NCBI GenBank assembly: GCA_951406725.2
Contig: OX597825.1
Coordinates: 56,792,001-56,856,000, forward strand
DNA from: Octopus vulgaris
Lineage: Eukaryota
Direction: 5' to 3'
Length of the DNA stretch: 64,000 nt
Shown: positions 27,134 to 41,729 of the stretch, in pieces
Numbering within the stretch: the first letter of the stretch is position 1
How the letters are laid out: each line of letters opens with the position of its first letter
Position numbers and translations under genes: made by a program
Notes under the pieces: generated by a model
The model's database searches: none
The model's input: the letters and a program-made list of their open reading frames with translations, nothing else
Told to the model about the DNA's origin: nothing

Positions 27134-28027
27134 ACAATAAAGGGTGAAATTAATTAATTTGGAATAATTATCAATTACACCAAGTAGATTTCGGCATGTA
27201 AAAGCCTCATTCGAGGAAAATTTAAGTAATACTAAGCAATTAAGGGTTTAGCAACGAATTGCCTCACCAACACACCGAATTTAGAAATAGCAGTCAAAGA
27301 GATATAGCTATTCTTTCTACTAAAAGGGAGATCTCAGTAAAAACACAGCACTTGAAAGGCAAACACAGACAGGTAAGAAAGAATGAAATGACGGCAATCT
27401 ATCATCAATTCGTTGCTAAACCCTTAATTGCTTAGTATTACTTAAATTTTCCTCGAATGAGGCTTTTACATGCCGAAATCTACTTGGTGTAATTGATAAT
27501 TATTCCAAATTAATTAATTTCACCCTTTATTGTTACTGATAACCATATTTTATCCCAGTAAATGACCACAGCATCTTGTCTTGGCTACACGCGGGTGGAA
27601 GGGGGCTGGTGACACAAACTTTCATTCACACTTTGAATTTCGTGGTACTGGTCATGCTTTGGCTCGCTCTGACACTGAGTTGAGATAATGCCTTCTAGTA
27701 TCTCAAAATTTAATATACAATTATTCATAATTGTAGTATCCTACGCCGATGAGAAAAGAAGTTTGGGTAAGGTAGAATTTTCTAATTCTTATGCTTTCCT
27801 AAAACTTGATTTCGAAACGTACGTCCGTAGGTAACTTAAAATTGTATGATAGATTGCCGTCATTTCATTCTTTCTTACCTGTCTGTGTTTGCCTTTCAAG
27901 TGCTGTGTTTTTACTGAGATCTCCATTTTAGTAGAAGGAATAGCTATATCTCTTTGACTGCTATTTCTAAATTCGGTGTGTTGGTGAGGCAATTCGTTGC
28001 TAAACCCTTAATTGCTTAGTATTACTT
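27132..28027 (+). mobile_element. Non-autonomous HHR-bearing element: 584-nt unit plus a 274-nt inverted arm, in (TA)n
   Basis: Direct repeat 27406-27443 = 27990-28027; 27132-27405 is the reverse complement of 27846-28027 joined to 27444-27535. Confidence 0.85.
27740..27831 (+). ncRNA. Type I hammerhead ribozyme with extended stem II
   Basis: cctacg CCGAUGA g..(about 60-nt hairpin)..c GAAAC gtac GUC cgtagg; perfect stem I, palindromic stem III, GUC site at 27825. Confidence 0.8.
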
Positions 28028-28045
28028 ATATATGTATATATATAT

Positions 28046-28354
28046 AACCGTAACCGTGACTGACCAGGCTATCGGATGTTGCTACACATCGCTGATCACA
28101 ATGCGCTTCGCATTGTTTTAGCCTTCAAATGACGCCAAACCGCTGGCTAAGCGAGCAGGCCAACGGAAGAAAGAGTGAGAGAAAGTTGTGGGGAAAGGGT
28201 ACAGCAGGGATCGCCACCACCACCCTTGCAAGAGCCTCGTGGAGCTTTAGGTGTTTTTGCTCAATAAACACTCACAACGCCCGGTCTGAGAATCGAAACC
28301 GCGATCCTACAACCGCGAGTCCGCTGCCCTAACCATTGAGCGATTGCGCCTCCA
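28046..28354 (-). mobile_element. tRNA-derived SINE, family C
   Basis: Minus strand ggaggcgcaatcgctcaatggttagggcagcggactcgcgg..ggtttcgattc (A/B boxes); related copy at 51695-52003. Confidence 0.8.
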
Positions 28355-28356
28355 CA

Positions 28357-28443
<87 letters not shown>

Positions 28444-28966
28444 ATATATATATATATATGCATATATATATATATATATATGTATGTATATATACATATA
28501 TATATATATACGTATGTATCTATGTATTTACAGTAAGGCCAGCTGCTAAACGTAAGCTATAAAATTTTTTTTTCAGCTTATCGAACTTCGGTATGAGAAA
28601 AAATTTACAACTTCCCACATCAGTAAATCGCTATTATTCCTCAAAGTTGTTTTTTTATACCTTCTACGAACTGCTCGAAGGTTACTAACTTCCCACATCT
28701 TGGTCCTTTGGTCTTACCTTCACATATATTTATATATAATGATGAAACTACGGACAAAGAATTACGTAAGTAATTTATTCGGTAATGGAAGAAACCGGTA
28801 TACGATTAATTCTTGATTTTTTGGGGGGGGAATTTTCATCTGTCTTGCCCGCCTATGTTCTGGTGTTCACTGAATTTTTTCTGGAGAACATTCTTTCTTT
28901 GTAGTTAGATCGTATGTGATCTTCTTCTAGCATATACATACATACATACATACATACATACATACA

Positions 28967-29000
<34 letters not shown>

Positions 29001-29064
29001 CATTTCTTTTTCCGTTTTTTATTCGTTTATTAGAATTGTTTGTTTATTTGAATTGACTATATAT

Positions 29065-29456
29065 AGGCATAGGAGTGGCTGCGTGGTAAGTAGCTTGCTT
29101 ACGAACCTCATGGTTCCAGGTTCAATCCCTCTGCGTGACCCCTTGGGCAGGTGTCTTTTACCATAGCCTCGGGCCAACCAAAGCCTTGTGAGTGGATTTG
29201 GTAGACGGAAACTGAAAGAAGCCCGTCGTGTATATGTATGTGTGTGTGTATGTTTGTGTGTCTGTGTTTGTGCTCCCAATATCGCTTGACAACCGATGCT
29301 GGTGTGATTACGTCCCCGTAAGTTAGCGGTTCGGCAAAAGAGACCGATAGAATAAGTACTAGGCTTACAAAAAAGTCGTGAGGTCGATTTGCTCGACTAA
29401 AGGTGGTGCTCCAGCATGGCCACAGTCAAATGACTGAAACAAATAAAAGAGTAAAG
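29065..29456 (+). mobile_element. SINE family A, full length
   Basis: A box gtggctgcgtggtaag, B box ggttcaatccc, tail ggtgctccagcatggccacagtcaaatgactgaaac. Confidence 0.88.
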
Positions 29457-30282
29457 TTCTGGTAGGAGAACCAATCGGTTTATCCTCAATAAAACATTCA
29501 GGACGAAATCCTGCTTTATTTGTTATTCATATTATTATGTTACTCATATACACAAGCGCTCACGCATACAATATTTTTTGTGAATAATTTCTGCAGACAT
29601 CATTCTAAATTATTTGTGTATATGTGTAAGTGTGTGTATATCTATGTGTGTGAATATCTATATCCCTATGTGTGTATGCGTGTGTTTATGATGAGGTATC
29701 CTGGAAATTCGTTGGGTTCGTGAAATTAGCTAGTCTCGAATTGTCGACATCAAAACAAGTTCATCTTAAGAAATTCCTCTTGCCTACAGCTCAACACATT
29801 GCATTTTTATATACAAAATAGGTTTTCGAGATGTCACTTGAAGTTCTTTAAATACGTATGGAATCGTCCTTTCTCAGAATCTGATGTCAATCATTCAAAT
29901 AATTACAAACAGATTGAACCTTGTTAAAATCTAAATTACATAAGTTTGAAAACTACTCACATATGTTTCTTTTGCTCTTGTGTTCTCTTAACATATACGA
30001 AAAGACTTGAATTTATCAAATGAATCTTATGATTATATTAACTATATATTATTTTATTTTATTGATTGTGTGTATATATATATATATTTCATCACCGAAT
30101 CACCCGGCTGCAATTATAAATCTCCGCCAGCTTCGCACGCCCGCGCGCACACATACGCACACTCGTACACACGCACATATATATATAAAGAGAGAGCTAG
30201 AAGTATTATGTATCTATATGTATGGACATGTGTACGTGTGTTTGAGTGTGTGTGTATTTGTGTATACGTATATATATGTATA

Positions 30283-30353
<71 letters not shown>

Positions 30354-31025
30354 GTATAGAGATATAGGGTATGTGAGAGAATTAAATACAGGTGTAGTCA
30401 GTTCTTATTGCATTTAACTTAATGGCAAATAAATAGATGACTTGAACGCACTTACATATATGGGTGTGTGTACATATATATATATATGTGCGTTTGTGTA
30501 AGTATATATATGTATATATATATATATATATGCACATTCATTTTACAAATGTATGCTTGCTTTAATAAATCTGCATTTTTATATGCATAAAACACACGCA
30601 ACACGCACACCTAGACACATATACACACTCACATATACATATGCATGTATGTACGCGAGCGTATGTGATATATATATACAATCTGGATCTGTGTCAATGT
30701 ATCTCTGCGTGTATTTGAATGCGTGCAGGTGTTGCGTTTGTGTGTGCATATATTAATTTATATTCTCTTTTCAGAGAAGCCTTCTTCCGTTAATTCTGAA
30801 GATTTTAAAGAATTTGATTGCATTCTGTACTGAAGAAAACTATTTTCATTTGAAGGGAAGAAAATGGGCCTTGTATTTCAATTTTAGCTCACTTAAGTGT
30901 AAATATATACGCACTTATGCATGTAAATATAAAGTAAATATATATATTGATAGGTAGATAGATATAATTATAAAATAGATATATTGATAGGTAGATTGAT
31001 ATAAATATATATATAAAATCTATAC

Positions 31026-31066
<41 letters not shown>

Positions 31067-31225
31067 TATATACATGTGTGTGTATGTGTGTATGTATGCA
31101 CGCGGGTATACATGTATGTATGTGTGTGTGCTATATATGTTTTCAACTTATATCAATCTATTGTCATTCAGTACAAATACTCAATAGGTTGTGAGTGCCC
31201 ATATATATATTTATAGACACACACG

Positions 31226-31278
<53 letters not shown>

Positions 31279-31645
31279 GTATGCATATATTTTTATTTAT
31301 ATATATATATGTTCATAGTATATGCACGTACGTGTGTGTACCCATATCCAAAGACAGATAGATAGAGAGAGATGGGGAGGAGAGAGAGAGAGAGAGACAA
31401 AGAGACAAAGAGAGATTTCAACGCTACAAATCAGAATTAAAAAATTCAATACATGAGATCGAGCGTAACTAATATATAATTAGAAGTTGCTTTTGCAATG
31501 AATTTCAGTTTCACGGATATTCGGTCTATCATAGAACCAAATTGGAGACTACATAAATCAAGCATCGTCCAGCTCTAATTAGGACACCGTATTCATTAGA
31601 ATCCAGGACGATCAACTGGTATCAGAGCGCTCATGAAACTTGACG

Positions 31646-31699
<54 letters not shown>

Positions 31700-31753
31700 G
31701 TTTAAATATTTGTTGTGCAAGATTTTTTTATGTGAAGTCGTTTATATATAATG

Positions 31754-31963
31754 TATGCGGGTGTGTTGAAAACGTCCTTTTTAAAAGTTTGGTTTTTAAA
31801 AATACTTGAGAATCAGTTATGATTTTATTCAACATAATCCCCTTCTCAGATTCAAACACTTCTTGCAGCGGTCCCTCAGATTTTCTAAGCCCTGTAAAAG
31901 AACTCGGAAGGTAAAGCTTCCAACCAAGCCTTCCGCAAGACCTTTAAATCCAGGAACTTTTCA
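31754..31963 (+). mobile_element. Mariner-derived MITE, diverged
   Basis: Body matches the 22339 copy; caggaacttttca TIR remnant. Confidence 0.7.
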
Positions 31964-32043
31964 AATTCACATATATATTTATATCATTGCGTACATACTA
32001 TTCTTGGTCTCTTCTACACAACATAAAGTAATAGATATATATG

Positions 32044-32145
<102 letters not shown>

Positions 32146-32148
32146 GTA

Positions 32149-32213
<65 letters not shown>

Positions 32214-32240
32214 ATATATAAATATATATGTGTGTGTGTG

Positions 32241-32772
32241 TAACATATGGAATAATTATAAACAGGGCAAAGTTTAGCCATATCTCTGCAGACTGAAAAA
32301 AAATTATGAACAACCGTAATCAATTTGCGAATCTTATTAGATTCTCATCAGAGGCTTCCCATCCTTCTGACAGTCTCCAGAGAAATAAGCAGCCAAACTC
32401 AACATATGCAGCAGTTACTCTAAGAAGGACGTCCCAATTTGCATACCGAAAGTGTTTAACACTCTATAAATACCAGCGGCCTGTCAATGGGGATCTTAGT
32501 CCACACAGTATCAAGGTATTATATAATATATATGTAACGCATGGTATAATTATAAACAGAGCAAAATTTTAGCCATTCCTCTGCAGACTGAAAAAAATGA
32601 TGTACAGCCTTAATCGATTTTCGAAACTTATTGGGTTATCATCAGAGGCATCCACATCATTCTGACAGTCTCCAGAGAAACAAGCAGCGAAGCTTTTTAT
32701 ATACTATAGTTATTCTATGAAAGAGTCTCTAATTTGCATACCAAAAGGGTTTAACACTCTATAAATACCAGC
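32241..32772 (-). repeat. Tandem repeat, 294-nt unit (about 1.8 copies), each unit with a type I hammerhead; retrozyme-like
   Basis: Units start at 32241 and 32535; HHRs at 32313-32355 and 32607-32649 on the minus strand. Confidence 0.8.
32607..32649 (-). ncRNA. Type I hammerhead ribozyme (second unit)
   Basis: gcct CTGATGA taacccaataagtttc GAAA atcgat UA aggc; the first unit keeps the intact stem II gaatct/agattc. Confidence 0.7.
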
Positions 32773-32780
32773 ATACATAC

Positions 32781-32937
32781 AGGAGTGGCTGTGTGGTAAG
32801 TTGCTTGCTTACCAACCACATGGTTTCGGGTTCAGTCACACTGCGTGGTACCTTGCGCAAGTGTCTTCTACTATAGCCTCGGGCCGACCAAAGCCTTTTG
32901 AGTGGATTCGGTAGACGGAAACTGAAAGAACCCGTCG

Positions 32938-33015
<78 letters not shown>

Positions 33016-33173
33016 TGTGTGTGTTTTTCCCCCCAACATCGCTTGACAACCGATGCTGGTGTTTTTACGTCCCCCGTAACTTAGCGGTTCAGCAAAAGAG
33101 ACCGATAGAATAAGTACTAGGCTTACAGAGAATAAGTCCTGGGGCGATTTGCTCGGCCAAAGGCGGTGCTCCG
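32781..33173 (+). mobile_element. SINE family A
   Basis: Family A head and body with internal (TG)n. Confidence 0.85.
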
Positions 33174-33263
33174 GCTCAGATTCGGTCTTATTCCTGGTAG
33201 AATTTATGTGGGTAGCGGGTTACTACATGTAAACTTAGGTATCCAGAAGTTTTCAACAGCCTT

Positions 33264-33572
33264 TCAAGTGCTTAGAACACTTCTGATAACCCATGCTGTC
33301 CGTAAGTGACAAACTTTCTGTAGGAATTCTCTCGGGCATTTTATTCTAATCTCCTTCAGCCATTTGTCTATATTTTTGCCTACTGTTCCCAAAACACCAA
33401 CTATTATAGACACGACCTTTATTGTTTGCATGCTACAAATTCTTCCTATTTCAAATTCTAAGGGATTGCATTATTTTTCCTTCCTCTTTATTTACGATCC
33501 TAGAATTAAACGAGCATGATGGGCTGATAAGCAACTTCGCTTTTCCTTATCTATAATTGTTATGCCTGGTAT
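33264..33572 (-). mobile_element. C-terminal REL endonuclease remnant of an R4/Dong-like non-LTR retrotransposon
   Basis: [53 protein letters not shown]. Confidence 0.7.
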
Positions 33573-33582
33573 TATTATTTTC

Positions 33583-33635
<53 letters not shown>

Positions 33636-33652
33636 CATTATTATTATTATCA

Positions 33653-33709
<57 letters not shown>

Positions 33710-33712
33710 TAA

Positions 33713-33751
<39 letters not shown>

Positions 33752-33769
33752 CATTATTATATTTATTAC

Positions 33770-33831
<62 letters not shown>

Positions 33832-33832
33832 C

Positions 33833-33863
<31 letters not shown>

Positions 33864-33893
33864 ATTATTATTATTATTAATTATTATTATTAT
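33571..33893. repeat. (TTA)n microsatellite
   Basis: Seen directly. Confidence 0.95.
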
Positions 33894-33932
33894 GATATAT
33901 ATATATACATATATATACATATATATATATAC

Positions 33933-33997
<65 letters not shown>

Positions 33998-33998
33998 T

Positions 33999-34048
<50 letters not shown>

Positions 34049-34601
34049 GCGCACATCTGTATGAATGTTAAATAACGATATTTTAAAGCTACTTGAGGCA
34101 GCGAGCTGGTAGAATTTTTACTGAATCAGACAAAAGAATACTTTAAGAATAATAACGAAACATTTATTGATGAAGCAACACAATAGTGTAAGTCGTGTGA
34201 ATCGAATTTAAAGTGAAATTCTACTTGAAGTTGTATTCAACTCGAAAAAGCTGCCTCAGTTTCTCAACACAATCAGTACGCTAATTACGGCAGAAAATCT
34301 ATTTAGAATCCGGGGAATTGAAGAAAACCAAGAACATCGGCAATACACTTCATGTTGTATGTGGCTGAGTAAAGACAATAAATTATGCCATTCAACCTGT
34401 AAATACTAATTTTTCCCTCGCTGCTCTACTCAGGTGAAGCATATGGCTTAATGGCCGAAATGCTAATGCCCGCTGGGATGATAAGGAAAAATTTGCGGTG
34501 TTGCAATGGCTTTAGTTATTGTCAGAAGAGCTTTCAATATCTCCAAGTGGCTCTCGCAGTTTCTTTGGCAAAGCATCTCTGGTGTTTATTTTACATTAGA
34601 T

Positions 34602-34704
<103 letters not shown>

Positions 34705-35280
34705 TGGCAGGTGGACAGATGCACAGATAGACAGACAGACAAGTATGTATGTATATACGTAGGTAGGTAGGTAGGTAGGTAGGTAGGTAGGTAGGTAGGT
34801 AGGTAGGTAAGTAGGTAGGTAGTTAAGGCAGGCAGGCAGGCGGACGGACGGATGGACGGGTGGTTGGATATACGGAAACGAATTCGCAAATATTTCATTA
34901 CAGTTGTCCTTCTACTAGGGAGATGTCTACACAAAGACTAAGGGTCATCTCAATCTTTGATGTTCGATGGTCATTGGGGCTACTTATTTCAGCCACCTTT
35001 TGGCAGGTTTTGCTTTTTTGTCATGCAGGTTGTTCAACAATGACGACTCTCCTTACATAGCAGCCTTGGCAGGGTTTCCGGTTTAGTCACCGACAGCCGA
35101 TTGACACATTATACAAGGTTACATGTACCAGTAGCACTAAGAGGGACTCGACATACTGATGGATAGCCGAAAGGTGGAAACTAATCAGAAGATTACTGAT
35201 AGAAGCCATCCATGAAACTATCAGAACATAAAACTTAATAAAATTTAGCATATAAGTAAATATACACCTGTCTAGACACG

Positions 35281-35401
<121 letters not shown>

Positions 35402-35470
35402 CTACCATTTTGACAACCAAGAAAAATGCAACCCCAACCGTAACCAGGAGGAAATGATACACAAAAAAAT

Positions 35471-35508
<38 letters not shown>

Positions 35509-35548
35509 TATTATATATACATATATATACATATATATACATATATAC

Positions 35549-35624
<76 letters not shown>

Positions 35625-35857
35625 CCATATGACCATTATTCATGCCTTGTCTTATCTATCACTTTCTGTAAAAACAAAGTATAACTGGAACACAGCTATG
35701 TATTTACAATACAGAATGGTAATGAACTATGACCTTAGACCTGCCGCTAGAATACGCGGAGTTCATTATTGATCTAAGCAAGATTGTCAGCCTGGTGTAC
35801 TAACAGACAGCTTATAAAGTATTTTGTCCGAATTGATAATCCCTCACTAGTAACTGT

Positions 35858-35959
<102 letters not shown>

Positions 35960-36123
35960 CTGCCCGAAACTATAACGATAATTTAGTAACTTCGCTGATG
36001 AGAGGACCTGTCTTTGTGTTTTCATATCCGTCTTTTTATTGTCTTTCCTGTCCGTCTTCGCATCGTCTATCTCTCCGGATGTTTTATTGTCGTCTGTTGC
36101 GTTATTGTTCCATTTCGGGGATT

Positions 36124-36176
<53 letters not shown>

Positions 36177-36193
36177 ATATGTATGTATATGTT

Positions 36194-36231
<38 letters not shown>

Positions 36232-36890
36232 TATATATATATATATATGCGCACACATAAGACATTTAGATCTGCCCAAATACTTGCACACGTACATACA
36301 ACAATGCCTAACTAGCCTGTGATTGTTGTTGTAGTTTCAGTGAATGAATCTTGGATCTAGATTAGAAACCGACTCTTTCTCCATTAGCAAGAAATCTAGC
36401 AATAAAACTTAATAACATACATATATTCATACATACATACAGGCATACATATACGTACGTACATACATACACGCATACATACACGCATACCTACATACAT
36501 ACACGCATACGCGTACGCATACGTACATACATACACGCATACATATACCCATACATATAACAACAGTTAGTGGATTGTTATAAATAATTTTAATGACTGA
36601 AGGATCGACGTTTTCTATCAACGGAAACTATCGACATACATCATAATGAAAGAATTATATATATCTTTAATGTGATCTTCAGTTGGACTCTATGTAAGAC
36701 ACTGTATGACAGAGCTGACCATTCAGATCACAGATACAATTCATCTGAAAGGCTTCCGCAGATATAATATATAGTGCGTGTGGTTATTTGGCAAGGAAAA
36801 AAATGGCCATCCCCAAATATAGCAATATCTGTTTCAACATACGATTTCACATCAGGAATCTTTCAAAATAAATACATTTGCGTTATATAT

Positions 36891-36992
<102 letters not shown>

Positions 36993-37111
36993 TGCGTGCG
37001 TGTGTGTATGTTCAAGGTATTACCTATACCAATAAAGCTCCATAGGATTGTCACACTTTGGACTTAAATGTGTATTGCATTTGATTTAAAATAAATCAAC
37101 TGGATGCACAT

Positions 37112-37426
37112 TAGTACTGCATCAGATGGCACTAGGACTCTTATGTAACAGAAACACTGTAGGGATGGAACATAGGGGAAATACTTTAATTAATAAATAA
37201 ATTTTGAAAATGTATAATTACCCATTCTTTCATAATAATGTGTTGATTATATACTCTGCATGCTACATGAAATTCGACGAATCGAACCCAGAATTTACCA
37301 ATCAAGTGAATTACTGTTTAATTGTTTATCATAAACGATTTCAAAGTTTCCTTTTTCATTCGAAGTGGTTAGACAGATCTGGATGATATCAGAAGACCCT
37401 TAAGGTGCATGACCAGATTTCAAATC

Positions 37427-37503
<77 letters not shown>

Positions 37504-38300
37504 TAAAGGTGGCTTTCGAAACATGTTTAGTTTCAAAAAGGCAAAAGAAAATGGCACCTATGCTACAATGGTAAAATGAGCCATTTTTGGCACAGGCAAT
37601 GGTATAGAACGGCTCAGTCGCGACCTCTACCCTATGTAAAATCTTATAATTCTTATAAGATTCATATTGTACTAGTTCACACCTTAATCAAGAGAGACGA
37701 AAAAAATACAAATTTAAGCTTTCAGACATAATTCTGTTTGCGAATTTTGAACCTTAGACTGGAAGTCTCTACTACTGATACCCCAGAGTAGCAAGAAATT
37801 CGACACTTAAATCTCAAAGTGTAACTTAAACTAAATGTTGATTCCTTCCAAAAGCCAAGTACAGTCTCTCCAAACTCTCTACAGTAAAATATTCTTATGA
37901 GCACTCTTTGACACTGGGGATGTACGTAGAAACACGATACAGAAAACGATTTGAAGTTAATGCTGAACGATGCTTTCTAATACCAATTCTAATACAGTTA
38001 TTTCCCTTAATAAACAAAATATGTTCATTTCAGTGGTGAATTGTTGCCCAATACGTGTCACTCACGTTGTTTGTTTTAACCAATAAAACCAATACTTTAT
38101 ATTGATACATAGGATGCTCTTCATTGTAGTTAGAGCATGGCCAAGTAACAGCAGAAGAAATCAGTTGAATATATAAAATAGCACACTATAACATGTTTTG
38201 GGTACGTTTTTGCTTGGCGGTTATAAATAACGTAGAGAAACAGATGCATGAAAAATATGCGTATTTATAAGTGAGTAGGTGGTGTGCTCACGCGCGGCTT

Positions 38301-38334
<34 letters not shown>

Positions 38335-38653
38335 CGTGTCTGTATGTATGTGTGTGTATGTGTGAGTCTATGTATGTGCGTGTGTGTGCATGTATGTTCA
38401 TTCAATCATTTATTGGGCTTACACAAAATGACAATAAATTGATTTAAATTCATACACATATACGTTTATATAATAATTACATATATACATATATATATAT
38501 TCACACATATATATATATATATATACACACATATATATATATACACACACATATATACACACACATAACGCACATATTTATATCAAGAAGAAGGCAGTCA
38601 GAATTTTGGATAATTCTTTAATAGCGCTTTCGTCCGTTCAATCGAACTCTTCA

Positions 38654-38720
<67 letters not shown>

Positions 38721-38740
38721 TGTATGTGTGTATATGTATG

Positions 38741-38785
<45 letters not shown>

Positions 38786-38994
38786 ATATATATGCATATA
38801 TATATACGTATTTATATACACATATACATACATATAAATATATATACGTGTAAATATATATAATCTAATGTAAGTGTATGTGTGCATGTGTGTGTGTGTA
38901 TTTATACCAAGAGAGATTTCTTTCAAATATGATCGTTTTTATGTGTTCATATATGTATGTAAGAATGGACGACAGCAAATATGTGCGTATATAA

Positions 38995-39048
<54 letters not shown>

Positions 39049-39357
39049 GCATCAGATGGCACTAGGACTCTTATGTAACAGAAACACTGTAGGGATGGAA
39101 CATAGGGGAAATACTTTAATTAATAAATAAATTTTGAAAATGTATAATTACCCATTCTTTCATAATAATGTGTTGATTATATACTCTGCATGCTACATGA
39201 AATTCGACGAATCGAACCCAGAATTTACCAATCAAGTGAATTACTGTTTAATTGTTTATCATAAACGATTTCAAAGTTTCCTTTTTTCATTCGAAGTGGT
39301 TAGACAGATCTGGATGATATCAGAAGACCCTTAAGGTGCATGACCAGATTTCAAATC

Positions 39358-39396
<39 letters not shown>

Positions 39397-40193
39397 TAAA
39401 GGTGGCTTTCGAAACATGTTTAGTTTCAAAAAGGCAAAAGAAAATGGCACCTATGCTACAATGGTAAAATGAGCCATTTTTGGCACAGGCAATGGTATAG
39501 AACGGCTCAGTCGCGACCTCTACCCTATGTAAAATCTTATGATTCTTATAAGATTCATATTGTACTAGTTCACACCTTAATCAAGAGAGACGAAAAAAAT
39601 ACAAATTTAAGCTTTCAGACATAATTCTGTTTGCGAATTTTGAACCTTAGACTGGAAGTCTCTACTACTGATACCCCAGAGTAGCAAGAAATTCGACACT
39701 TAAATCTCAAAGTGTAACTTAAACTAAATGTTGATTCCTACCAAAAGCCAAGTACAGTCTCTCCAAACTCTCTACAGTAAAATATTCTTATGAGCACTCT
39801 TTGACACTGGGGATGTACGTAGAAACACGATACAGAAAACGATTTGAAGTTAATGCTGAACGATGCTTTCTAATACCAATTCTAATACAGTTATTTCCCT
39901 TAATAAACAAAATATGTTCATTTCAGTGGTGAATTGTTGCCCAATACGTGTCACTCACGTTGTTTGTTTTAACCAATAAAACCAATACTTTATATTGATA
40001 CATAGGATGCTCTTCATTGTAGTTAGAGCATGGCCAAGTAACAGCAGAAGAAATCAGTTGAATATATAAAATAGCACACTATAACATGTTTTGGGTATGT
40101 TTTTGCTTGGCGGTTATAAATAACGTAGAGAAACAGATGCATGAAAAATATGCGTATTTATAAGTGAGTAGGTGGTGTGCTCACGCGCGGCTT

Positions 40194-40229
<36 letters not shown>

Positions 40230-40401
40230 CGTGTCTGTATGTATGTGTGTGTATGTGTGAGTCTATGTATGTGCGTGTGTGTGCATGTATGTTCATTCAA
40301 TCATTTATTGGGCTTACACAAAATGACAATAAATTGATTTAAATTCATACACATATACGTTTATATAATAATTACATATATACATATATATATATTCACA
40401 C

Positions 40402-40432
<31 letters not shown>

Positions 40433-40549
40433 TATATATACACACATATATACACACACATAACGCACATATTTATATCAAGAAGAGCGGTAGTCAGAAT
40501 TTTGGATAATTCTTTAATAGCGCTTTCGTCCGTTCAATCGAACTCTTCA

Positions 40550-40608
<59 letters not shown>

Positions 40609-40618
40609 TGTATGTATG

Positions 40619-40675
<57 letters not shown>

Positions 40676-40884
40676 ATATATGCATATATATATATACGTA
40701 TTTATATACACATACATATACATACATATAAATATATATACGTGTAAATATATATAATCTAATGTAAGTTTATGTGTGCATGTGTGTGTGTGTATTTATA
40801 CCAAGAGAGATTTCTTTCAAATATGATCGTTTTTATGTGTTCATATATGTATGTAAGAATGGACGATAGCAAATATGTGCGTAA

Positions 40885-40935
<51 letters not shown>
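37112..40935. repeat. Near-identical tandem duplication, period about 1930 bp
   Basis: 37112 and 39042 both start tagtactgcatcagatggcac; the copies differ by a few substitutions and microsatellite lengths. Confidence 0.92.
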
Positions 40936-40937
<2 letters not shown>

Positions 40938-41183
40938 AAAAACACATACACATATAATGTTCTACAAACATGCAATATATATATGCACGTATATTATAAT
41001 GTGTATCTATATGTAAACATATGTCTGCGTGTGCATCTATTTTTTCATTTACACGTCTTAATACTGAAACCTTCTTTCTTTAATTTTTAACATTTTAAAG
41101 AATTTGATTGCATTCTGTCTTTAAGAAAGGCATTTTAGTTCGAAAGAAAGAAAATGTTGCTCATTTGATTTTATATATTCTTG

Positions 41184-41267
<84 letters not shown>

Positions 41268-41277
41268 TATATATATA

Positions 41278-41308
<31 letters not shown>

Positions 41309-41325
41309 GTGTATATATATATATT

Positions 41326-41357
<32 letters not shown>

Positions 41358-41681
41358 TGTATGAATGTATGTATGTATGTATGTATACATGTATGCATGT
41401 GTGTGTGTGTATGAGTCTGTATATGCGTGTGAGTCTGTGTGTGCGTGTAGATATATGTTTGTATGAATGTACTATACAGAGAGTAAGACATACAGGTAGA
41501 CAGAATTGATGTACATGTGTGTATGTGCGTGAGTGTATGCTTTGTATATATATTATATATATATATGTGCATATACATACGTATAAATGTATGTTTATAT
41601 ATATATATGTATGTGTGTGTTTATGTGTACATATATATGTATGTATATATATACATATACATATATACATATATAGAGAGA

Positions 41682-41729
<48 letters not shown>

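Noticed and set aside
37105-37185. Minus-strand TVFLL / VPSDAV resembling TM2 and its linker
   Set aside because: Needs a frameshift, lacks GEK and a matching donor; likely chance
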